A DNA stretch of 64,000 nt from contig NC_068993.1 of assembly GCF_001194135.2 (NCBI RefSeq), forward strand, positions 61,397,896-61,461,895. Direction: 5' to 3'. This stretch comes from Octopus bimaculoides (taxonomy: Eukaryota). This document shows, piece by piece, positions 54,137 through 64,000 of the stretch; the first letter of the stretch is position 1, and every line of letters begins with the position of its first letter. A program made the position numbers and the translations under genes. The notes beneath the pieces are model-generated. The model had not been told where the DNA came from and searched no databases. It was given only the letters and a program-made list of their open reading frames with translations.

Positions 54137-54714
54137 CAGGGTGGCCCAAAAGTAGGTTTACAGTTATTCAATTCTCTCTTTCACTTTCATATATTAAGAG
54201 TTTAGATTAAACTGTTGTTCAGCAAGATGGAGCAACTCCACATTATATGTTGGCAGTAAGAGACTACCTTAACCAAGTCTTTCCACAGCGTTGGCTTGGA
54301 AGACGGGGCAGCATGACCTAACACCAATGGTGTTAGGTCAGGTGAATGTGGACGTTCACCATTGGATTTCTTTTGTTGGGGGTGTTGTAAAGAACAAGGT
54401 TTATGAGAAGAATCCCTAAACAGTAAATGAATTAAAAGATTACATTTCTGACGCATTCACTGAAATTGATGGAGATTGGAATTTGTGCCGGACTGTCATT
54501 TAGAGTGTTCTGAAGAGGTTTGAAGAATGTTGCAATGTTGAAGGAGGACATTTTGAAGGAGGACATTTTGAACATCTGAGAGATTAAACATTATCTGTTT
54601 AAGAGGTGCATAAACAATATGGCTGTAAGATAGAAATTTAAATGTAATAAAATGTTTTAAAAGAAATTTGAAGTGCCTACATGATAACTTTAACCCTACT
54701 TTTGGGCTGCCCTG
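54137..54714 (+). mobile_element. Internally deleted Tc1/mariner element with terminal inverted repeats
   Basis: TIRs CAGGGTGGCCCAAAAGTAGG and CAGGGCAGCCCAAAAGTAGG (reverse complement). TA on the right flank, CA on the left. Internal transposase C-terminus QQDGATPHY...PQRWLGRRGS...LDFFCWGVVKNKVYEKNP..ELKDYI...EGGHFE. Confidence 0.88.
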
Positions 54715-55167
54715 TATATACTTTCATCAGTCAACATTGCCCTCATGTAAGGGGGTGAGCCAGCAGATCTATTAGCATACTGGACAAAATGCTTAGCGGC
54801 ATTTCGTCTGTTATCAGTTCAAATTCTACCAGAATCCTTTTGGGGTTGATAGAATAAATACCAGTTGAACACTGGGATCAATGCTATCAATTTAGCCCCT
54901 TTTAAAATTGGTGGCCTTGTGCCAAATGTGAAACCAATATCGCTTGCGCGCACGTGTGTGTGTGTGTGTGTTTCTACATATAATATTTTGTCCTGTTTAT
55001 ATGTGTGTATAAATCCTTGATGATTTGTGCATTCATTTCCACTTAACATGTTTGTGTTTCTGTAGGTATACATGAATGTGTGCACGTGAGTACACACACA
55101 GTGCATGCTTGCTTTTTTTTGAGAATCAGAGTAACAACAAAGTGAAGCCTTAGTTTCAGATGAATGG

Positions 55168-55199
<32 letters not shown>

Positions 55200-55789
55200 G
55201 ATAAATATTGAAGAATGGAGTTAGTAAATCATTTTAATACATTATTTACAATTGTTTCATCATTATCCAACAAATCAGTATATCATCATCGCTGTTTAAT
55301 GTTCGCTTTCACACGAGTCAGATGGAATTTGTCAAGGTAGATTTTCTCTAGTCAGATGCCCTTCCTGTCACCAACCCTCACCTGTTTCCAAGCACATTAA
55401 TATTTTCCCTTGGCCAGACATGTTTCTTTACAGAAGGCTGGAATGAACATCACTTGTATGGCGGGGATACTTGTTTAAAATTATGATGTCAAAATACCCC
55501 CCCCCCACACACACACACACAATAGATAATTATTATTGGATTATAGGCTTTTCCCTTTACTTGTTCTTTTCAGTCATGCAAGTTACATGGCAACCCCACT
55601 AGTGTTGGTGCCATGAAAAGACAAAAGCACCCAGTACATATTGTGAAGTTTTTGGTGTTGGGAAGGGTATCCAGCTGCTGAAACCCTTCCACAGCAGACG
55701 TAGAGTACGATGCATCGCTGTGGCTCACCAGACCCTGTCAAACCGATCGACCCACGTTGGCATGGAAAATGGATGCTAAATGGATTCTT

Positions 55790-56260
55790 TTATTCTTTTA
55801 CTTGTTTCAGTCATTTGACTGCGGCCATCCTGGAGCACTACCTTTAGTCGAACAAAGTGACTCCAGGACTTATTCTTTGTAAGCCTAGTACTTATTCTAT
55901 CGGTCTCATTTGCCGAACTGCTAAGTTACGGGGACGTAAACACACCAAAATCAGTAGTCAAGCAATAGAGGTGGGGACAAACACAGACACACAAACATAT
56001 ATATATATNNNNNNNNNNNNNNNNNNNNNNNNNNNNNNNNNNNNNNNNNNNNNNNNNNNNNNNNNNNNNNNNNNNNNNNNTATATATATACAAACAATGG
56101 GCTTCTTTCAATTTCCGTCTACCATATCCACTCACAAGGCTTTGGTCTGCTCGAGGCTATAGTAGAAGACACTTGTCCAAGGTGCCATGCAGTGGGACTG
56201 AACCTGAAACCATATAATGAGGAATCAAGCTTCTTCCCACGCAGCCACTTCTGCACCTAT
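55790..56260 (-). mobile_element. SINE family B copy (assembly gap in the internal TA repeat)
   Basis: Full reverse-complement head and tail around N 55989-56080. Confidence 0.8.
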
Positions 56261-57231
56261 GGAAACAGTGCTAATGATTATTTCCCTTTGTTGGGTTTTT
56301 CCCCTCCCCTCAATTTTAATAATGGTACAATTTCCTTTCCTTATATCCAAGGGTAAAACATAGTTGAACTCTAATTTTATTTATTCTATATTTTCAATAA
56401 AAAAAATTTAAAAAAAGCAATGTTTGAAGCTTATTTGTGCGGAAGGGGAATTTGTTGTTCTTGAAATGGTGTTTCCTTCCATTCTCGGCTTTATACAACA
56501 TCCAGCTCGGAGATAAACTTACAGCTTGTTAATACAGCTTTGTTGATCTTGCTGGCTTTTTGGTAACAGTAATTCTTCTTCACTCAAGGTCTTCACTTCA
56601 CATTTCTGGGTTATAAGTTTCTTTTTAAGAAGAGTTGGCTATATACATGTGTGTGTATGTGTGCGTGCGTGTATGTTTGTGTATGTATGTTTCTTTATGT
56701 GTATGAGCATGTGTGTGCACATGGATGGATGTATGTATGTATGTGCATATAACTATATGTACTGTATGTTTGTATGTGTGTTTTTGTATGTACATATGTA
56801 TGTACAAATATATGTGTGTATGTATGCGGAGAGAGAGAGAGAGAGAAAGAAAGTAATTAACAGCATATCTTGGTTTTCATTTGAAATCTGAGAGGGGGGA
56901 GGTGGGGGGAAGGAAGTAGATCGGGGTTAGACTTACTGAATGCTGCATATTTATTTCTAGTTTAACAGATTTATTACTTTCAACATTGAATATGTTAACA
57001 CTAAGTTATTTACTAACAGACACCGTCTGGAACAATAGATTCATTATTGGAGCCTGTGCTGAAGCCCACCCCACCCCCACCCCACCCACACACTCCAAAT
57101 CCACGTCTTCTTTGACTACATCCCATTTTCTTGTTACCTCTACTTGCATTATATATCTGTCTATATATATGTGTGTGCATATATGTGAGTATGTGTGTGT
57201 ATATATGTGTGTGTGTGTATATATGTGAGTT

Positions 57232-57264
<33 letters not shown>

Positions 57265-57359
57265 GTGTGCATGTGTATTTTACATGCCTTCTTTTTCTCT
57301 ATATAAAGTGATAAAGTCTTGCAATCTGGGTTGAATATGGTTTGCTGAGGAGATCTGAT

Positions 57360-57605
57360 ACGCCGGACTGGCCCTTGTGCCGGTGGCACGTAAAAAGCAC
57401 CCACTACACTCTCGGAGTGGTTGGCGTTAGGAAGGGCATCCAGCTGTAGAAACTCTGCCAGNNNNNNNNNNGGAAGGGCATCCAGCTGTAGAAACTCTGC
57501 CAGATCAGATTGGAGTCTGGTGTAGCCATCCACTTCGCCAGTCCCCAGTCAAATCGTCCAACCCATGCTAGAATGGAAAGCAGATGTTAAATGATGATGA
57601 TGATG
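57360..57605 (+). mobile_element. RTE-type 3' tail (family C)
   Basis: Same tail and (GAT)n end. The 10-N gap is flanked by a duplicated 29-mer, an assembly overlap. Confidence 0.8.
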
Positions 57606-57931
57606 AAGTCTATTGATTTCGTTTGTTGGCTTTAAAGACAACATTCACTCCCATCTGCATCATCTTTATTTTTTAAAAATTTCGGTTAGATGATTTTTTT
57701 ATCAGGTTTCTTCCCTTTCCTGTATCTTAAGCCCTTTGCTCCCTATCAAACATCATCCATTGATGACTTTTCTCCATAGTTCCTGAATTCCAGCTTTTTT
57801 TTTTTCTCTTCCCCCAGCTCTTGTTGGGTTTGAATTGTCATCAATGTTTCTGTAACTTTTTAATTTTTTTTTACTAGATAAGGGTGTTGGCTCAATGCAA
57901 ACCTATTTTTACCTTTGGGAAGAGGTGACTC

Positions 57932-57972
<41 letters not shown>

Positions 57973-59008
57973 GACTAGCTTCTCTCAGTTTCTGTCTACC
58001 AAATCCACCCACAAGGTTTTGGTCAGCCCATGTCTCTAGTAAAAGACACTTGCCTGAACCTGGAACCGTGTGGTTGGGAAGCAAACTTTCTTACCACACA
58101 GCCATGTTTGTGCCATAATTCTAGTTCTTACTCTTCCTCTTCTCCCATTCATTTTATCTTCTATTAGCAATCCCTGGAATTCATTTTTTCCTAATTGAGG
58201 GTCCAGAATATTTTTTTCTTTCTTTGATGTTTTCCTTTCATTGATTTTCAAGTTCCGTCCAGTTTTGTGAAAAGTTTTATCATACCCTCATCTCAAGCGC
58301 TTGTAACCAATTTGGTAAAACTTTGTTTTGAGCTCCATAGAGCAGAGTGGACCATACATAACAATTAGTTCACAATGCATAACATTAATACTAATTATAT
58401 GTATTTCGATATTTATATGTAAACATAGCTCTGTGGTTAAGAAGTTGGTCTGGGCAACCAGAGGGTTCAGAGTTTGATCCCACTACAAAGTATTGGGAGC
58501 AAATATTTAATGAAGCTTTTGATTGATCATCATCTTCAGAGGGAGATTTGATAAACTGAAACTTTGTGAGAAAGAGGTCTGTTATCCATCCATCTGCCTG
58601 TCTGCCTACCTGTCCATCTGCCCACCTGTCTATCTGCCCACCTGTCCATCTGCCCATCTGTCCGTTCCCCCATCAACAGGTGTGTGTGTGTGTGTGTGTG
58701 GAGGGGTTAATATCTTGCTTGGAAACAGATAAGGGTTGACACCAGGATGGACATCTGGCCCTAGTAAATTTTGCTCCAGTATAGGCTCATCTGACCCATG
58801 CTAACATAGAAAAGTAGATGTTAAAATGATGATAACAAGGATATGCCTCCAGTTTTCCAAAACGGCTGAAACCATCCACGATCCACCTTTATATATTAAT
58901 ATCCCATTCTTTATCTCTCCACAATTCTCCAAACACACAGAGCCATGACCTATATGTATGTATGTATATATAAATATATAAATTTCTTTTTTTTTTATCT
59001 CTCTACAG

Positions 59009-59125
59009 TTTTCCAAACAGACAGTATTTGACAGCTATCTCTCGTTTGTTGATAATTACAAGAAATCGGGCAATGCTCTTGAAAATGACTTGCTGACAAA
59101 ATCTTCTGTCTCAAAATTTATTGAG
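59009..59125 (+). CDS. RhoGEF DH-domain exon C (FSKQTVFDSYLSFVDNYKKSGNALENDLLTKSSVSKFIE)
   Basis: Acceptor ttttttatctctctacag, donor gtaagt, 117 nt, phase 0-0. FSK..V...Y..FVDNY.....KFIE parallels the ARHGEF17/ARHGEF10 FSK....Y..Y..N...F..FL segment. I did not find the next (KPVQR-type) exon in the window. Confidence 0.93.
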
Positions 59126-59558
59126 GTAAGTGGCTTACGAGGCATGGCACGGCGGCATGGCATGGCGGCATGCACACAAACGCATACTTTGTTGACTGTC
59201 TGTCTCTCTCTCTCTGTCTATTACTCTCTCTCTCTCTGTCTATTACTCACTCTCTCTCTCTCTGTCTATTACTCTCTCTCTCTCTCTGTCTATTACTCAC
59301 TCTCTTTCTCTCTGTCTATTACTCACTCTCTCTTTCTCTTTCTCTCTGTCCTTGTGTGTGTCTACTAGCTGTCTTTTTCTCCCCCCCCCGCCCCCTATTG
59401 TCTTTTTCATTCATCAACGAAGAGTACACATGGCTTGTTAGGCTGAAGATTTTGTCTGTCTTTTAGTATTCCACCTGTTCTTGCTTGCTTCCCTCACTTG
59501 AAAAGACAATGTTATTGCAGTATGTGTGTATGAAAGTAACTATTTATATCTATATCTA

Positions 59559-59614
<56 letters not shown>

Positions 59615-61775
59615 TCTAATGGTAAGTCTGCATATGTATTGTTGTGTTATACCATCTAAACTAACTAATTACTTGTGTGTACCTAGTACTGAGCTTAGAG
59701 TATTTTAAAGCTACTCTTAGTTGTCATATGTTGGTAGTATACTATCAGTATGTATATATACACACACGTATCTATCTATCTATATATATATATATATATA
59801 GACATATACATAGGCACCAAATCCAATATAGATCCTAGACTGCACCCAGGGCTGGTTCCAAGTTTACTGTATGTGTAAAAGAACATGATAAGAAAGCTCC
59901 CCTCAGTTTTCTATCTAAACCAAGTCTAGAACTGTACTTGGATCATTCTTCAGACCATTCACAGCTGATAGTTCACCCTGTCACCAGAGTGTATTGTCAC
60001 ATGTGATCTCTCAGGCAATTAAAAGAAATGGTAAGAATTTAGCTTAGGATTCACAGAATGAAGGCACAGCAGAAGCTGGATCCAATCTCATTTATATTTG
60101 TTGGTTTCATTCATGTGTTTGTGGACATTATTAAATGTAAACACATAAACATATTTATACAAACATAATCAAAATGCTCTTTCATCTATTTTGCATAGAA
60201 AATAGAAAACTTAATGCTTAGCCGAGGGGTGTTATTTGTACAACAAGGCTAAATGTGTTTTTATTAATCATACATATTTAAATTCATTTAAATGAGAAGA
60301 CACTTATTCCTTCTCTGTGTGGATCTGATGCTGAATGACTTGGAATCCCCTGAGAACCAGAAATGCCACTAAACGGTGCATCTCAGAACATCCACAGGAT
60401 GTATCTAAGAATTGAAAATAATTGTAAGCTGTGAAAATAGTTTTGTCTGCTTTAGTGTAGAAGAATCATCAGCAGGGTGTTCATCTTCAAAGGGTTAATG
60501 GTAATATAGGCAGAGAGAAAGAAAAAGGTGTGTGGGGGCAGGGTGAGAGAGAGAGATAGAGAGTATGGTTATCTAATCTAACTGGAAGTTCTTTATCTCA
60601 CTGGGGCACTGGGGTCATCAATGAAGTTTTCTGTTAGTTAAATTCTGTATCCAATGGCAACAGGAGCATGATGGGATTCAGAACTCAGAATCGGTAAATT
60701 ACTGAACTTGAAACTGTAAAAATATCCATTTGTGTTCACTCTATTTAATGATAATAGGTAAAAAAACAAAACAAACCAAAGCTAGGAGTCAATGAAGATA
60801 GCTTGTATGTTCAGTTTGCAGTGGAAAAGGGGAAAGTCTGCTGCATCTTCTCCATTCACTGCTGACCTACGCCTGCCCCAGCGACTCCTTTGTCTTTCTC
60901 TATTGAAAGGGAACCCTCGTTCCTGGCATCAACTGAACCATTCCATGATGTTTCACAAACTATCCTTTTGACTAATTTCTGCTGAAGCAGATCCTCGGCA
61001 GCTTTTTCAAATCTCAAATTCTGTTCTAGTATAACACTGCCTGGCCATTACCTCCCAGACGCCATGGGAAAAGTGTAGGTAGGTAAGGAGGGCGGTGCTT
61101 CCGGGTGGCTGCAATTCTGGTGAGAAAGGATTGAGTAAGTGTTTAGTGCAAGAATAGAATGACAGTGAAATGAAGAAGAGATGATGGTGATGATGATGAT
61201 GACAGGAGAGATGGGTGCATCAGGGTAGGCTTGGGTGGCAGTCATACAAAGTTTGTTAGTTGAGAGGATCTAAGGTCCTTATAGTTAGTATTAGAATAAC
61301 CAGAAAGAGTGAAAGATGAGATGAGGAAGCAGGCGATCTATGGGTTAGTCATTGTAGCAAGTTACTAAGTGTGTGTGAATCTTTGTCAATCAACCGGATG
61401 GCCTATTTTGGCAAGCAGTCTCGGATATTTGTGTGTTTGTAACAGCAGCACTGTCCCAGATATGCGAACATGATAAAACGGTTATTTACAGCTATTTACA
61501 CATTGATAACTATTTGAAAAAAAGTCTGGGTTTTTTGAGAGTTAAGAGTTTTGACCCAGGACCCCGAGTGCACCACAGGTGACCAGATGCAAACAGTGAA
61601 CCATTTGGTTGGTGAACCATTTGGTTGGTAAACCAAGATAACCATTTTGCTTACTGTGAGTATCATTTCGTCGTTCTTGTGACTTGGCATTTATTCCACT
61701 GTTGGAACACTTTGCATGACTGTTTACTAACACGCACAATGACTATTTTCTTTGAATTCTACTATTTTATTGTAA

Positions 61776-61808
<33 letters not shown>

Positions 61809-61839
61809 TGTGTGTGTGTGATTTCATTTATTAGCCATG

Positions 61840-63620
61840 AGTATAATTTATTAAAGTATTGGTTGTTTAAATTTACCTTCCACTACATCTACATAGTGTT
61901 TATACTCAAGGTCAAGGTTTGAGTTGATACAATGGCTCCATATAAAATCACTTGAGCATTGCCTGGTTCATATAGGAATCATATATTTGCAGTTCTCTAT
62001 GTGCAGTAAACCCCAGTTGATTGAGTTGATTTAAGGTTTATTTATCAGCAGTGCAACTACAGATTTGTTTAGATTTGCTTCTATTAAATAATTTTCTGTA
62101 ATGGTGGTTAATTGAGAAATGCTTATTTATGAAAGCTAGAAAAATTTTGGCAATATTAGACTTAAACTTCAAAGAAGCAGAAGGTGTAAACCAGATGATG
62201 TTACAGACTCTGTTTCTTTGAATTGGACAGTAAGGTGTGAAGGATATATGTGATGTAAGTCTTTGAATCTGCTTGCTTTTAACACTTTATTATAATACTT
62301 TATTTGATGACAAGTTGGAGATTCTTCTGCTGATATTACTACTGAGACTTTTGAAAATTATGAGTGGATGTCAGGAGTCTATATTAATATATGTGAGATT
62401 GCTGTAAGATATGTGCTTGTCTGTGTTTAAATTGAGGATAACAGCTAAGAAATTTATAATGGCGATAGTGTTCTTGGGCTGAAATATACGAAAGATGTTT
62501 ATAAGGTAATTTTTAAAAGTATCTAATGAATATTCATTGTCATGTTGAAATATAGTCAACCCATCATCTCTGTAGAAGCTCACTTTTATTGGGATAGATT
62601 TCTTGGTGGATCTAAACTGTATTGGCCACCCACATTGCCAAAGTACTCTCTACTATGTCAAATAAACTTGTGGGGTCTTAATTTTGTTTTTTAACCTCCA
62701 GACAGAATCATCATCATTTAATGTCCATGTTCTATGCTGGCAATGTATTCAAAGAGTTTTCCTTATGTGCATAATATATCATTATCATCTGTATTATCTT
62801 ATATCCTAGTAAATTCTAGGGTACTGAAGAGCAGAGGTTTAGCAATAACAGGATTAAAATTGAACAACATGGATTTGGGTAAACTTGGTGTAGTCCTTAT
62901 AAATTTCAATAATTTGATTAATGACTGTAATGCTGTACATCGATTATTAGAGGTTATTTGACTTCCTAATTTTTCTCTTAATGTTGCTTAAGATTTTTTT
63001 ATCATCATCATTTAACATCCATTGTCCATGCTGGAAGGCTGCACCAGAATCCAGTCTGATTTGGCATGGTTTTCTATGGACGAATACCCTTCCTAATGCC
63101 AACCACTCCAACAGTGTAATGGGTGCTTTTACGTGCCATTTGTGTGACACGTGTATCTGCCATGACTGCAATTTTGCTTGGCTTCATGGGTCTTCTTCTC
63201 AAGCCCAACATAATGCCAAAGGTCTTGGTCATTGCCTCCATGAGGCCCAACACACGAAGAGAGCTTGGTCACCTTGCCTCTGTAAGGCCCATTCAAAAGG
63301 AACTCAGCCACCTTGCCTCTGTGAGGCCCAACACTCAAAAGGAACTCAGCTACTTTGCTTCTATAAGGCCCAATGCACCTTATTAATTAATCCAGTCTCT
63401 GTTTTTCCAGGATTCATTTGATTAATTTGCATTTGAGATGGGAAGCGAAATTAACTCTATGGGCCTTAAATGTGATGTAACTTTGGTTCTGGCTAACACA
63501 TTCTATTCTGTTACTTGATTGTATAGTCTTTGCCTCAATATTTTCATTTCTAGTGCAGTACTCATCAAAAAATGACAGGTTTATTTGAGTACAGAATAAA
63601 TTATGTAAACATGGTTGAAG
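61840..63620 (-). mobile_element. Degenerate Penelope-like retroelement (RT plus GIY-YIG remnant)
   Basis: Minus-strand pseudo-translation gives, in order: RIECVSQNQSYITFKAH..KCKLI..PGKTETGLINK, KILSNIKRKIRKSNNL, F.PVIAKPLL..LEF, LFDI, FYRDDGL, INFL.V.LNL, NIIWF...KSNIAKIFL.FINKHF...RKLFNR, and ILYGAIVS..KHYV..VEGKFKQ. These are in the order expected for PLE RT, linker and GIY-YIG, with many stops and frameshifts. Confidence 0.85.
63000..63378 (-). mobile_element. 5'-truncated RTE LINE 3' end nested in the Penelope-like element
   Basis: (GAT)n tail, the gcacgtaaaagcacc...ttggcattaggaaggg tail core, and ORF-end codons LGLMEAMT..QDLWHYVGLEKK. It splits the PLE between GLINK and KKILSNI. Confidence 0.8.
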
Positions 63621-64000
63621 GAAAATTTATAAATAAAATATTTCATATCACATTTGGATATTTTTATGTGAAGAATGTTATTGTGTCATTGTCAGTCATT
63701 TGTCACCATAGATTCTTAATCTGTCTGTCTTTTTGCCTGCCTGTCTGTCTCTCTCTTCCGCCCCTTCTCAGTTTGTATCTTCTTTTGCTTCTTTTATCCT
63801 CCCCACAAATACTTTGGTTTGTAAATATTACTTTTTCACATTTCTTCCCTATTCTAAAGTTATCTCTCTTCTTTCCACTTTCTCCCTCGTTTGTTATTAC
63901 TTACTCATGTACACCTCTCCTTCTCTCATGTTTTTCTCTCTGTCCTTCCAATATTTCACTGTATTGTTAGTATGTTTTCTATGGACTTTCTCTCTCTCTC

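Noticed and set aside
57016-57115. TACTAAC-AG followed by a Pro-rich frame inside the DH intron
   Set aside because: It hits a stop or lacks a donor and would break the DH domain. Exons B and C already join cleanly.
57430-57500. Apparent direct repeat ggaagggcatccagctgtagaaactctgcca
   Set aside because: It flanks a 10-N gap and is most likely an unmerged contig overlap.
60420-60495. Minus-strand CTGATGA as a possible terminal hammerhead of the PLE relic
   Set aside because: No convincing stem II or GAAA, and it lies ~1.4 kb from the last recognisable PLE motif.

Overview
This is AT-rich, microsatellite-dense eukaryotic genomic DNA from a gapped draft assembly. The repeat families look like those of an octopus or other coleoid cephalopod (my recognition, not a database result). 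Most ORF-track entries are artefacts of microsatellites and N gaps. One host gene is well supported: three phase-0 exons on + (47845-47922, 53751-53927, 59009-59125) splice into 124 aa of a Dbl-homology (RhoGEF) domain resembling the ARHGEF10/ARHGEF17 family, and the gene continues past the window. The rest is layered transposable-element debris. It includes several tRNA-derived SINE families, many 5'-truncated RTE LINE 3' ends, an R4/Dong-like endonuclease fragment, Tc1 and mariner relics, TTAA-flanked MITEs, and a ~1.8 kb Penelope-like element relic interrupted by RTE insertions. The most interesting observation is a tRNA-headed SINE family (three copies) whose body carries a minimal type I hammerhead ribozyme of the Penelope type. 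The copy at 37842-37886 retains the catalytic core, and two copies sit head-to-head as an inverted pair. Repeat boundaries are approximate, read by eye.
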